A DNA stretch of 64,000 nucleotides from a virus (IMGVR_UViG_3300025115_000006:3920-67919); one strand, 5' to 3'; shown: positions 27,324 through 36,797, counted from the stretch's first letter. A program made the numbers and translations. The notes: a model not told the origin generated them from the sequence alone.

Positions 27324-30198
27324 TAATGTCTTCATCTTCATCTTCCTCTTCATCATCTTCAGGCTCAGCAATTCCTAATTGCTCTAGAATCATTTCTGAA
27401 TCAAACCATAAAATGTCATTGAGTTGAGTAACAGTGAGACCTTCAGGATATAAATCCTCTAACATACTTTCAAGTTCATCAATCATATTTTCTTCTTCAA
27501 TTTTGTTCCAGGTATCAACCGCACCAGCCCAAGGACTATATTGACTAATATCTGAAATTATCTTTAAATCTTCATCTAGTTTTTTTGGTTGAGAAACTTT
27601 ACTGACTTTTTTCTCTGTGACCTTTTTAGGCTCTTGTTTAACTTGCTTACTTTCATTCCATGTTTCAGCACCATCATAACCAAACACTGTAACATCATTT
27701 TCATCAATAACTTCTACTGATGCAATTCCATCTCTATCAACCATTTTCTTGGCAACAACAATTGCTTCTTTCTTGTCTGTGAAAGAATCCATGAAGATAT
27801 CACTAAATCCTTCTTCTCTGTCTTCTTCAGTTGCCCAATATTTAATTGTAAATTCTTCTTCAATCTCTTGAATTTGTTCTTTGACATCAGTAGACTCTTT
27901 AATATGACCATCTGCTTTAAGTTCTTCTCTAGCAACTTCAGCATCTTTACCAACTAATTTGTATCTACCTTTAACACCTGTATTCACAGCCTCACATTGC
28001 CACATTTCACAGTAAGCATTAATTTCCTGAAGATTCATGTCAGGACAAGTGACAACAATTTCTTCTTTTGATTCTGTAACAACAGATTTTAATGATTCTA
28101 ATTTTTTCTTTAGAACATTAAAGTCTACATTCTTGTCTACATAATTTCCTTCTTTATCAAATAAAACATAGTAATCAACAGAATCATTTGTTTCTGGTTT
28201 GTTGTTAATGTATTTAACTATTTTACCATTTTTTGCTGTTAAGAATACTTCTTCTTTCCAATTAGACTTGTTCGCTTCTGTAACAACAGACTCATCTTTA
28301 AAACCATAGTCTTTAGCAATTTGAGCAGATGACTCTGCCTTGAAGTCGTGTTGCTTCAAGAATTCTTTGACATGTCTGAGAGTTGTTGCAGATGTGTTCC
28401 ATGCAGGAAGAAGTTCAACTTTACCTCCAGCAATTCTTGCGACAGGAGTATTATAACTAATTAATGTTTCAACTTGACCATCTGCAGAGGCATCAACTCT
28501 TGCTTTACCATAGAATGATTGTCTACTATTATATTGTGAAGAAAGGTCATAGATAGGAGCCTCTTGTAATTGAGTATTCTCATTAAAACCATAGTCTTTA
28601 GCAATTTTATTTGAAGCACTTTCGTCAACAATTAAATGAGCAATAAACTCAACACCACTGTCCTCAAAGAAATATTTACCTAAAAAGTCATATGCAGGCT
28701 CTAATACATTTACTTCTGTTCCATGTTCATTGTATAAAATAGCATTAATGTAGTAATCATGTCCAGTTCCCTCAATTCTAATATCAGCCTCATGTTTATC
28801 TTTATCATTGAACTTCACAGTAAAAACTTTATATGTTCCATCTAAAGCATCTTCATCATCTTCTCTTGATAGCAACTCCTCAATTTCATTGGCATCTTTC
28901 TTTGAAATAATTTTTGTTGCCTCAACTTTTTTAGAATCAACAGACTCCTCTTTGATGACTTGTTCATCAAAGAAATTTTTCTTTGCATCTTGTTTAAAGC
29001 CATTAACAAGTTCTTGTTTTGTTTTATCAGACGCACTCTTAATATATTTAACTGCTTCTGTCTTAGAGAAACCAAATGCATCCATTACAGCATCAAGTAA
29101 TTCTTTTTCAGAATAAGATTCACCTAACTTCTTTGATTCGTCCATTCCATCAATTGATTGAAGTTCTTTAATATAGCCTCTGCACTCACCAATTTCTTGA
29201 TAAATGCCATCAAGTTGTTCAGATACTTTATCAATTTCTTCTTGACTTGCTTTGTTTGCAATAAGTTTCTTTTGTTCTGCTTTTAATTCTTTTTGTCTTT
29301 TTTCTAGTTGTGCGATTTTATCATAAGTCTTTTGATATTCGCCTTCTTTTAATTGTTTACTTTCAAACTGAACATTAGATGCAGGAGCCTTATCTAGTTC
29401 TTGTTCATCATAAGCAGGCGCAATAGAAATTTGAAGTTCTCTTGCTTTTGACAAAGGTCTACCAAAAAGTTCAGCAAACTTCTTGATTGCCAACTTCTTA
29501 GCACCATATAATGAATCTGCTTCACCTTTTCTAATTTCAACTTTCTTACCATCTAAGATAGCAATCCAGCCACTAACTTCTTCTTTTAATTTCTTTGCTT
29601 CAGCAACAGGCGCTGTCTTCTTATAGTTTTGTGCAAAGTAATCAAGGGCTCTGTCAAGTCCATTTGTCTTTTCAATACATTCTCTTGCAAATTTATCTTC
29701 AATGCCAGCATCTTTCATTGCATCAATCAAAGCACTAGCAAAGTTAAATCTTTGCCAAGGACGATTTTGCCATCTGTATGAGCCACGCCCTTCTTTGTTA
29801 CCAAATCTGAATGTAACATCTTCATAATTATATGTTCTTGTGTGTCTAGTGCTTCCTACAGCCATTAATCTTGTTCCATCCGGCATAACAGCACTTGCCA
29901 TATCACTATAAGCCTCTGTAAGAGATTTATTTGATAGATTTGCTAATTTGCTTTCCCACATTTCTTTTTTATTTGCGCCTGAAGAGACAACAAATTCAGC
30001 ATCAAAAATGAAGACACCTTCAAGACTATTACCTAATAACTCTTTAGGAATGTCAACTGAACGACCTTCAAATAAAACTTTGTCAGTGTCTAAATCATAA
30101 ATTCTGACTTTTTCAAGTTGTTCAGGAGCACTCAATTCTCCAATGACTTCTTGAATTGTTGTATTACCAAAGAATGACTCTTTTAATTTTTTACTCAT
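27316..30198 (-). CDS. large multi-domain protein built from short modules separated by KKLKES-type linkers
   Basis: likely start MSKKLKES at 30198 (AAGGAG RBS); more than 10 [L/I/V]xE[S/E/A] linkers; duplicated linker DNA. Confidence 0.75.
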   Translation of the reverse strand: MSKKLKESFFGNTTIQEVIGELSAPEQLEKVRIYDLDTDKVLFEGRSVDIPKELLGNSLEGVFIFDAEFVVSSGANKKEMWESKLANLSNKSLTEAYSDMASAVMPDGTRLMAVGSTRHTRTYNYEDVTFRFGNKEGRGSYRWQNRPWQRFNFASALIDAMKDAGIEDKFARECIEKTNGLDRALDYFAQNYKKTAPVAEAKKLKEEVSGWIAILDGKKVEIRKGEADSLYGAKKLAIKKFAELFGRPLSKARELQISIAPAYDEQELDKAPASNVQFESKQLKEGEYQKTYDKIAQLEKRQKELKAEQKKLIANKASQEEIDKVSEQLDGIYQEIGECRGYIKELQSIDGMDESKKLGESYSEKELLDAVMDAFGFSKTEAVKYIKSASDKTKQELVNGFKQDAKKNFFDEQVIKEESVDSKKVEATKIISKKDANEIEELLSREDDEDALDGTYKVFTVKFNDKDKHEADIRIEGTGHDYYINAILYNEHGTEVNVLEPAYDFLGKYFFEDSGVEFIAHLIVDESASNKIAKDYGFNENTQLQEAPIYDLSSQYNSRQSFYGKARVDASADGQVETLISYNTPVARIAGGKVELLPAWNTSATTLRHVKEFLKQHDFKAESSAQIAKDYGFKDESVVTEANKSNWKEEVFLTAKNGKIVKYINNKPETNDSVDYYVLFDKEGNYVDKNVDFNVLKKKLESLKSVVTESKEEIVVTCPDMNLQEINAYCEMWQCEAVNTGVKGRYKLVGKDAEVAREELKADGHIKESTDVKEQIQEIEEEFTIKYWATEEDREEGFSDIFMDSFTDKKEAIVVAKKMVDRDGIASVEVIDENDVTVFGYDGAETWNESKQVKQEPKKVTEKKVSKVSQPKKLDEDLKIISDISQYSPWAGAVDTWNKIEEENMIDELESMLEDLYPEGLTVTQLNDILWFDSEMILEQLGIAEPEDDEEEDEDEDIND

Positions 30199-30202
30199 TT
30201 GA

Positions 30203-31030
30203 TTATTCTCCTTTAATCTCATCAACAATAGAACGAATGTCAGACTCAAATTCTGATACAACTTCATCCCAATCTAAACTATCTGGACCTGATGCATAAT
30301 GTTGAGCGATTGTCCATTGGTCTGCAATGTATGTCAATGCAGTATCAACAGCATCTTGAACTTCAGCATCAATTTCATCTGCATTTTCAAAATCAATTCT
30401 TTCTAATACATCTGAAACAATTTCTAAGAAATCAAAATCACCTGAATAATCAAAGTGCTTTCCAATCAAGTCTTTGTGAGGAGATGAAGTAAGAGATTTT
30501 GCTTCGCCTAATTTCTTAGTTGTCTTCTTAACTTGTGTTTGAATTTGGTCAGTCTTGTTTACTTCTTCATTTAACACTTCAAATTTATAATTAAATTGAT
30601 AGCCTTCTGCAATTCTATTGATGCTATACTTAACATCATTTGTTCTTGCATTTTCAATCAACTTAGTGATTGTTGCTCTTGATGTTGTCAGAACAGACAT
30701 AACATTTTCTTTAATTGTAACTTTTCCTTTGAGAGTTCCAACAACAAAATCCTCAACTAATTTCATCTTTTTCATGGCGTCAGTTTGAGGTGTTTTATTG
30801 GCAGTTCTTGTTACAGTTTGAGCAACTAACTCTTTTGTCTCTTTATCTTTTTCTTTCATTCTATCTGTTGCTAATTTTCTGTTTGCTTGAGATGATACAA
30901 TTGCGTCAACAAAGGAGGGTGTTGCAACAGCCTGCACCTTCTTCTCAACTTCAAACATCTCATTCTTTCGTGTCTTCTGATAGGCTTTGATTGATTCCAC
31001 GATGTCTCGTTTTGTCTTTTTTAACTTCAT
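30203..31030 (-). CDS. hypothetical protein, basic N-terminus and acidic C-terminal domain
   Basis: likely start MKLKKTK at 31030 (AAGGAG RBS, TGCTAAATT motif upstream). Confidence 0.7.
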   Translation of the reverse strand: MKLKKTKRDIVESIKAYQKTRKNEMFEVEKKVQAVATPSFVDAIVSSQANRKLATDRMKEKDKETKELVAQTVTRTANKTPQTDAMKKMKLVEDFVVGTLKGKVTIKENVMSVLTTSRATITKLIENARTNDVKYSINRIAEGYQFNYKFEVLNEEVNKTDQIQTQVKKTTKKLGEAKSLTSSPHKDLIGKHFDYSGDFDFLEIVSDVLERIDFENADEIDAEVQDAVDTALTYIADQWTIAQHYASGPDSLDWDEVVSEFESDIRSIVDEIKGE

Positions 31031-31111
31031 AGTTTTTCTCCTTATAATGTGATTGTGTAACTCATTTAAATTTAGCACATTGGATAAAACACTAATTGGT
31101 TTTTGACAAAA

Positions 31112-31819
31112 TTATTTTTTATAAAGTTCTTTTAGTTCCCCTAAAACATTCTCAGGAAGATGAGAACTAATAAATTTAGGTTTATTGTAATTATCTGTGC
31201 TTAATCTATTAAGTCTTATCATTGTTCCTACATGTGTAAATAAAAGAAATTTAAATGGAAGATGAGTTACAATATCATTATGATTTCTAATGACAGTATA
31301 GTTATACCATCTTTCTCTAAGTTCTTTCTTAACAAATAGACCTTTGTAGAATCTTGGTGATTCAAAGCCAAAGCCATAAATATCATGTCTAATGTCAGGT
31401 CGATTAAACCATACACACTCATGACACAAACCACTCAAAGCACCACCTTGAGAGTATCCTGCAATCACAATCTTTCTAAATCTGTAATCAGGTCTATCAA
31501 TGAAGTCAGTATCATTATACCAAGTTCTTAGAGTATAAGGGGTCTTAACCTCTTTAATCTTAGCAATAACAATATCTTGAACTTCTTTCCACGCAGACAA
31601 GAAACCACCATGAACATAATAAGGAATGTTCATGTTCTTGTAAGGTTTTTTAAATAGCCAGAAGTTTCTAAGCCAGTCTGACATTGAATTGCTGTGTTGA
31701 AAGTAGATATATAAAACATCATCATCTTCAACAAATGCATAGTTCACACCTTTTTCTGTTTGATTGTATTTAATATTGTAAACACAATCTTCAAACAATT
31801 TAGCCAAAATAATTTCCAT
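31112..31819 (-). CDS. class 3 lipase / alpha-beta hydrolase
   Basis: VHGGFL.AW, IAGYSQGGA (GxSxG), FESPR, NHNDIVTHLP, terminal His. Confidence 0.85.
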   Translation of the reverse strand: MEIILAKLFEDCVYNIKYNQTEKGVNYAFVEDDDVLYIYFQHSNSMSDWLRNFWLFKKPYKNMNIPYYVHGGFLSAWKEVQDIVIAKIKEVKTPYTLRTWYNDTDFIDRPDYRFRKIVIAGYSQGGALSGLCHECVWFNRPDIRHDIYGFGFESPRFYKGLFVKKELRERWYNYTVIRNHNDIVTHLPFKFLLFTHVGTMIRLNRLSTDNYNKPKFISSHLPENVLGELKELYKK

Positions 31820-31880
31820 TATAATTTTCTCCTTTTATCATAATGTTAAAAGACTCTCAGTTTATTAAGAGTCTCAATTT

Positions 31881-33116
31881 CTATTCTTCAGTTATCTCAT
31901 CAAGCATTTTGAAGACATCTTTTAAAGAATCAGCATTTTTATCTGTTTTAGAATCATTAGTATTCTTGTCTTCTTTCCAAGTAACTTTACCACGAGTGAT
32001 AATGTTTTGCTTAACACCTTTATACTCTTTATGGTCTTTGATTGTTGCAACAATGCTATCAATTTTCTTAATGTCTTCTTCAAAAATACCATTAGTTGTT
32101 GACCACACATAGACAATACCTTTAGCATCAATGATTTCAATGACCGCTGTGTCAGATGCATAATAAGAGTATCTTCCACCATCTTTGACATAAAGAGTTC
32201 TAATAGACTTAATATCAGTGATGATTACTTTGTCTCCAACTTTTCCAACATACTCAGCATTGTTTGCAGTTTTATCTCTTACAACTTTTTGAACTTTGTC
32301 TTTAAGATAAACACTGACAAATGATGACATTAGTGCAATGTCACGATACTCAGCATACTCTTTAGTCCAAGCAGATTTTGCATTCCACATATAATCTGAT
32401 TTGGAAGTATCTACATCTTTGACCCAAGCATCCATTTCTTTAACTTCTTCTTCAGTTGCTTCGGGAAGAGGTTCATTTGAAATACCAAATAAGGATTTAG
32501 CCAAGAATTTTCCTGTTTCTTGAGGAACATATCCATTCTTCTTCACATAGCCAAACAGTTTCTTCTTGATGCTTTCAGTTTCAAGTCCATAAGAGCCAGA
32601 AGAGAAACCACCAAAATTAAAATCTTGATATTCATCTGCAAGAGATTCAATTGCTGAAAGCATACTAGCAAACAATGCACATCTTTCAGCATCTAGACCA
32701 CCGGTGTATCCACGAAGACAGGTTTTTCCAACTTGTTTAAACTCTTGATTAGTTTCATTGAAAACTAGATAAGTGTCTTTACGGTCACGCACTTGATGAC
32801 AGTGTTCACATTCTTGTCCAACAGTTCTATACTTAGTAGGAATTTTGCCTTCAAGAGATGTATCAAATGAACGAATGATATTACCAGAACTTGCATGTTC
32901 AATTGTTCCAACAAATCGCCAATCTTCAATTTGATATTTACCTTCAACTTCAACTTCTACACATTTGACAGAAGCCTTAGCACCACTTGGAAGTTCATAT
33001 TCAAGAACAACCTCTTTACCAACATTAAAAACAATATCAGCACCTTTATTCTTAATATGATTAATCTTCTTGGTTAGTTCTTCCATATTTTCCATGGGAA
33101 TTTGAAATGTTGTCAT
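31881..33116 (-). CDS. conserved phage protein with Zn-ligand motif and C-terminal OB-fold-like domain
   Basis: CEHC..R.R...VGKTCL..YTG; YVGKVGDK...ATIKDHKEYKGVKQ; own promoter (TTGATT-17-TATAAT near 33146-33174). Confidence 0.65.
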   Translation of the reverse strand: MTTFQIPMENMEELTKKINHIKNKGADIVFNVGKEVVLEYELPSGAKASVKCVEVEVEGKYQIEDWRFVGTIEHASSGNIIRSFDTSLEGKIPTKYRTVGQECEHCHQVRDRKDTYLVFNETNQEFKQVGKTCLRGYTGGLDAERCALFASMLSAIESLADEYQDFNFGGFSSGSYGLETESIKKKLFGYVKKNGYVPQETGKFLAKSLFGISNEPLPEATEEEVKEMDAWVKDVDTSKSDYMWNAKSAWTKEYAEYRDIALMSSFVSVYLKDKVQKVVRDKTANNAEYVGKVGDKVIITDIKSIRTLYVKDGGRYSYYASDTAVIEIIDAKGIVYVWSTTNGIFEEDIKKIDSIVATIKDHKEYKGVKQNIITRGKVTWKEDKNTNDSKTDKNADSLKDVFKMLDEITEE

Positions 33117-33423
33117 AATATTTACCTCTTTTCTTCTACAGTATAATTATAGCACATATCAAATAAAAAATCAACTACTTTTGATTGATTTCTTTAAAAT
33201 CAACCATTTTTAATTGATTCTCAACTTTCAATCTGTTTGAGTTGATTGTGATGTCATTTGATTCATTTTGCAACTTTTCACTATCTACCCTATATATATT
33301 AGGGCATCTAATATTGAGACCTAATTATATATCTATTGACTAGATGTGATATTAAAAGGTATATATAGGTTTATGAGGTTTTATAGTCGACTTCTTCATG
33401 TAGATTTTTAGTATATTTTTAGG

Positions 33424-33620
33424 TGTAATTTTTTGCACAGTAGACGATACATATCTAGATAGGACTATTTGAATTTATCTTTCAAATCTAGATAAGGTTA
33501 TTGTAATTTTTTGCAGAGTAGATTTGCACAGTAGAAGGTGCATATCTAGATAGGACTTTTTGGATTTATCTTTCAATGCACAGTTTCAATGCACAGTAAG
33601 TAAGACATATCTAGATAAGA
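33424..33620. repeat. iteron-like direct repeats in long non-coding region (candidate origin)
   Basis: TGCACAGT x4, palindrome ATCTAGAT x4, a roughly 50-nt unit present twice. Confidence 0.6.
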
Positions 33621-33843
33621 TTATTTAGATTTAAGAGTGTCTTAGAGAAATGAAAATTATTTAGTGGTAAAACACAAATTTAGCAGTTTTAGCAGTTATC
33701 TAGTTATAATCTCATTACAGACACTTTAAAACTCAATCCTATGCTGTTTATTCTTTGTTTGGCAGACTTTTAAGTGTTTCTGATATAAAGTAACTGACTC
33801 ACATTAAAAACCAGCCTAAACAGTTTTTTGACACTATTAATTG

Positions 33844-34161
33844 CTAATGTGTTCCATCATTCAATTTATTGATAATGAATTTTGTCATCTCAACAATTTG
33901 TCGTCCATATATACCAATAAAATCACATACAACTTCATGATTAAATTCAACCTGATAGAAACCATATTCCCACATATAAGCATGACTTAGTTCATGAGTA
34001 ATGGTGTTAGTAAGGTCTGGCTCTTTTAAAGACTTATCAACATAAATGATTCTATGAACATTATGTGTTATGCCCATACTATCCTCTAATCTTGCATCAT
34101 CAGTAGATATAAACTCAATGAGCCATTTTATCTTATTAATTTTGACTGTTATCTTGTTCAT
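33844..34161 (-). CDS. small HExxH zinc metallopeptidase-like protein
   Basis: TITHELSHAY; likely start MNKIT at 34161. Confidence 0.65.
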   Translation of the reverse strand: MNKITVKINKIKWLIEFISTDDARLEDSMGITHNVHRIIYVDKSLKEPDLTNTITHELSHAYMWEYGFYQVEFNHEVVCDFIGIYGRQIVEMTKFIINKLNDGTH

Positions 34162-34370
34162 TTGTTTTCTACACCTTCCCCATACAGCCAAGTCTTAAGT
34201 TCTCCATAAGTAATGTCTAAAATCTCCATAATAATTAATGCTTCTTTAAGAATAGTCTTGTTTCTCTCATAATAGTTATCTAAGGCTCTTCTTGTAGGAA
34301 AACTAGATTTGATTGATTCTCTGTAATACTCTCCCAATCTAAAACTTAAATCTTTAGTTTTGTCTTTCAT
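34158..34370 (-). CDS. hypothetical protein
   Basis: 70 aa, AAGGAG RBS. Confidence 0.6.
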   Translation of the reverse strand: MKDKTKDLSFRLGEYYRESIKSSFPTRRALDNYYERNKTILKEALIIMEILDITYGELKTWLYGEGVENK

Positions 34371-34423
34371 GTATTTCTCTCCTTATTAACTTCTTAGTAA
34401 TGCTTCTAATTCCATCTTAGATT

Positions 34424-34696
34424 TCATTTGTTTTCTACCTTTTTCAATTGAATATAGCCTTTCTCCAAGTTGGTAAACTCTTCAACAATCTGCAGTTTTT
34501 CTTTGCTTTCAATGTAGATGAAATCATCTCCCGTTTCAAAATAAAAATCATCCGACATAGATAGCATATAATTCAATTCACTTAGATAAAGAGGCATATT
34601 TTTAATGATTCTTTCAAATGTCTCATCAGATACTTCTTCTTCAGGATAAAGTTTTAAAATCTCTTGAAGTAATCTAGTTATTTGATTTGCTGTCAT
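34424..34696 (-). CDS. hypothetical protein
   Basis: 90 aa, ATGA overlap. Confidence 0.6.
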   Translation of the reverse strand: MTANQITRLLQEILKLYPEEEVSDETFERIIKNMPLYLSELNYMLSMSDDFYFETGDDFIYIESKEKLQIVEEFTNLEKGYIQLKKVENK

Positions 34697-35070
34697 TTTA
34701 TTTTTCCTTGATGAGTGTTTCCAATAACTTCAAATTCATTCCAATCACAATATGAAGAGAAGCCTCCAAATTCGTCCATACAAATTGCCATGTCTTGATA
34801 ATACTCAACATGAGCAATCCAGTTACCTTCATTTGTCAGAACAATATCTCCTTCAAAAATTTTAATATTGTTTTTGTCTTTAACTCCAATGTGCTGTTCA
34901 ACAATCCAATCATTGTTAATAACAACTTCATCAAATGAATACTTAATACTCTCATCTGATTCACAGACAAAAAATAGATGATTATCAATCTCTCTCATCA
35001 CAAACTTTCTTGGCTGATTCTTTTGTCTTTCAATTTCATATTTCTGCCATGCTCTGAATTCATATTTCAT
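34693..35070 (-). CDS. YopX family protein
   Basis: MKYEFRAW...EQHIGVKDKN..KIFEGDIV...FEVIGN. Confidence 0.85.
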   Translation of the reverse strand: MKYEFRAWQKYEIERQKNQPRKFVMREIDNHLFFVCESDESIKYSFDEVVINNDWIVEQHIGVKDKNNIKIFEGDIVLTNEGNWIAHVEYYQDMAICMDEFGGFSSYCDWNEFEVIGNTHQGKIK

Positions 35071-35083
35071 TGTATATTTCCTC

Positions 35084-35380
35084 CTATATACTGTCTACAT
35101 TATAGTAGTGAAAATATTTTCCTTTATACTTAAACACAAACTCTAGATAAGAATCATAACCACCATCATAGTTGGTTGAAATAGAATCATTTCTAAGCAC
35201 CTTAACTTCCAGCAAAGGAAATGGCTGATGACCTACATTGTGATATAGGTCTAGGTCTTTGATATATCTAATCTCATAACCATTTATAATTAGTTTACGA
35301 TATTCTTCTTCTGAGACCACTTCAATTGAATCATTTTCAAATTCAAATAGTTCTTCTAGAAATCTCTCTGTTTTACTCAT
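35084..35380 (-). CDS. hypothetical protein
   Basis: 98 aa ORF, coupled to upstream gene. Confidence 0.6.
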   Translation of the reverse strand: MSKTERFLEELFEFENDSIEVVSEEEYRKLIINGYEIRYIKDLDLYHNVGHQPFPLLEVKVLRNDSISTNYDGGYDSYLEFVFKYKGKYFHYYNVDSI

Positions 35381-36270
35381 TCTAGTTTATCTCCAAATGT
35401 GTCATACAATACACCATTATCAATTACAAGCACATTGCAGAAGTAGATATATCTTTCTTGATATTTTCTTACACCGCCATCAAGACCAATGATTCCTTTG
35501 CTGAAGTATATATCTGTTCGATTTGAATAATTATCATTTAAATGTTTGTAAAAGTCATCTGTGTTCCAATGACCTACAACAAGAGTTTTTCCTTTTTTCT
35601 CTTCTTCAGAGAATAGACCTGCTTGATACATGGCCCAAGGGTTACCCCATCTAGCATCTTTCCACACTTCTTTTGAAGTTTCTCTCCAATTAGGATTATA
35701 CTCATACACATCATTATAAGTCAAAGTCTCTACTGTCTTGTCATAGTCTTTAACAGTTAATGGAATAAACGCATGAGTCAAGATTAAATTATCTAATTCA
35801 TAATACTCAATCCACTCATCCGATTCAAGCCAACTAACAACTTCTTTTACTCTTTTATGATTTACAATTTTTCTCCACAATTTATTGACCGCTGAAACTT
35901 TATCAAGGTCTTCTTCAATTGCAAATAAAAAGTATTCCTCAAAAAACATTTCCATTTTTGTTTTTGGTGTCTCTGATAGTTGAAGCATAGTATCTACAGT
36001 GCCGTTGTGAATGTCATGTTTACTGGGTCTTTCTTTCTTAACTGCTTCAAGAATTAACTGTTCATGATTTCCTTTAATTAAGATTCTTCTCTCTTTAGGA
36101 ATTTCTCTAATGAACTCATACATCTTTATTGCATCTGGACCACGGTCAAACAAGTCACCATTGACAATCAATGTGTGTGACTCATTATTTTTAGAATAAC
36201 CTGCCTGCAGTAGTGATGATACCATATCAAAATAAAAACTGTGAACATCTGAAACTACAAAATATTTCAT
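35377..36270 (-). CDS. calcineurin-like metallophosphoesterase
   Basis: SDVH, GDLFDRG, GNHE, THA, VGHW, GLDGG. Confidence 0.9.
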   Translation of the reverse strand: MKYFVVSDVHSFYFDMVSSLLQAGYSKNNESHTLIVNGDLFDRGPDAIKMYEFIREIPKERRILIKGNHEQLILEAVKKERPSKHDIHNGTVDTMLQLSETPKTKMEMFFEEYFLFAIEEDLDKVSAVNKLWRKIVNHKRVKEVVSWLESDEWIEYYELDNLILTHAFIPLTVKDYDKTVETLTYNDVYEYNPNWRETSKEVWKDARWGNPWAMYQAGLFSEEEKKGKTLVVGHWNTDDFYKHLNDNYSNRTDIYFSKGIIGLDGGVRKYQERYIYFCNVLVIDNGVLYDTFGDKLE

Positions 36271-36506
36271 TTACATCTCCTTCTTACCAACTTAGGTATC
36301 TTTCAATAAAACTATTTTCATTCTCCTCAGATACAGCAAAGTGGTAGTCAATTACTTCGTTGTCTACTTTGTCAATTACTGCAACTCCAAAATTAATTCC
36401 TTCAATCACTCTTACAATCTTAACAGAGTTTAAATCTTTAACAATCTCATTAGTAATAAGCATGAATACACTTCTCCCTTATATGTCATTATAGTATCAC
36501 ATATAT

Positions 36507-36535
36507 ATTATACAACTTTTTAAACTCTTTGTCAA
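36507..36535 (-). promoter_or_regulatory. sigma-A promoter
   Basis: TTGACA-17-TATAAT. Confidence 0.8.
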
Positions 36536-36536
36536 T

Positions 36537-36730
36537 AAAAAAAGCCACTAATGGGGAATAAAGTGGCTTTAGTTTATCAAGCACATCATCTTATGAAAGG
36601 AAAAGTTAGGTGTGTGCATTATTAGTTAAAAAAACTGTCTGGTTTTACAAAGGGAGGTGTTAAAATATAATTTAGAAAGGAGGAAATTACATGATACACC
36701 AGACAGTTTGAAACCAAATGTAATTATGAT
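36537..36730 (-). ncRNA. putative sRNA with C/U-rich (anti-SD-like) loops ending in an intrinsic terminator
   Basis: 12-bp stem 36632-36643/36698-36709, second stem 36581-36617, terminator stem 36541-36570 plus U-tract; loops carry CCUCCUUUCUA, CACCUCCCUUU, CUUUUCCUUUC and UUCCCC. Confidence 0.5.
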
Positions 36731-36797
36731 TTCACTATATATATACAATATAATTCTATGCACACAACAATAAGATTAATTAATTTATAAAAAATGT

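Larger units (their letters stand above)
2963..31077 (-). promoter_or_regulatory. recurrent TGCTAAATT motif, putative late promoter (7 intergenic copies)
   Basis: copies at 2963-2971, 7670-7678, 15698-15706, 18751-18759, 23954-23962, 25444-25452 and 31069-31077, each just upstream of a virion-region gene. Confidence 0.7.
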
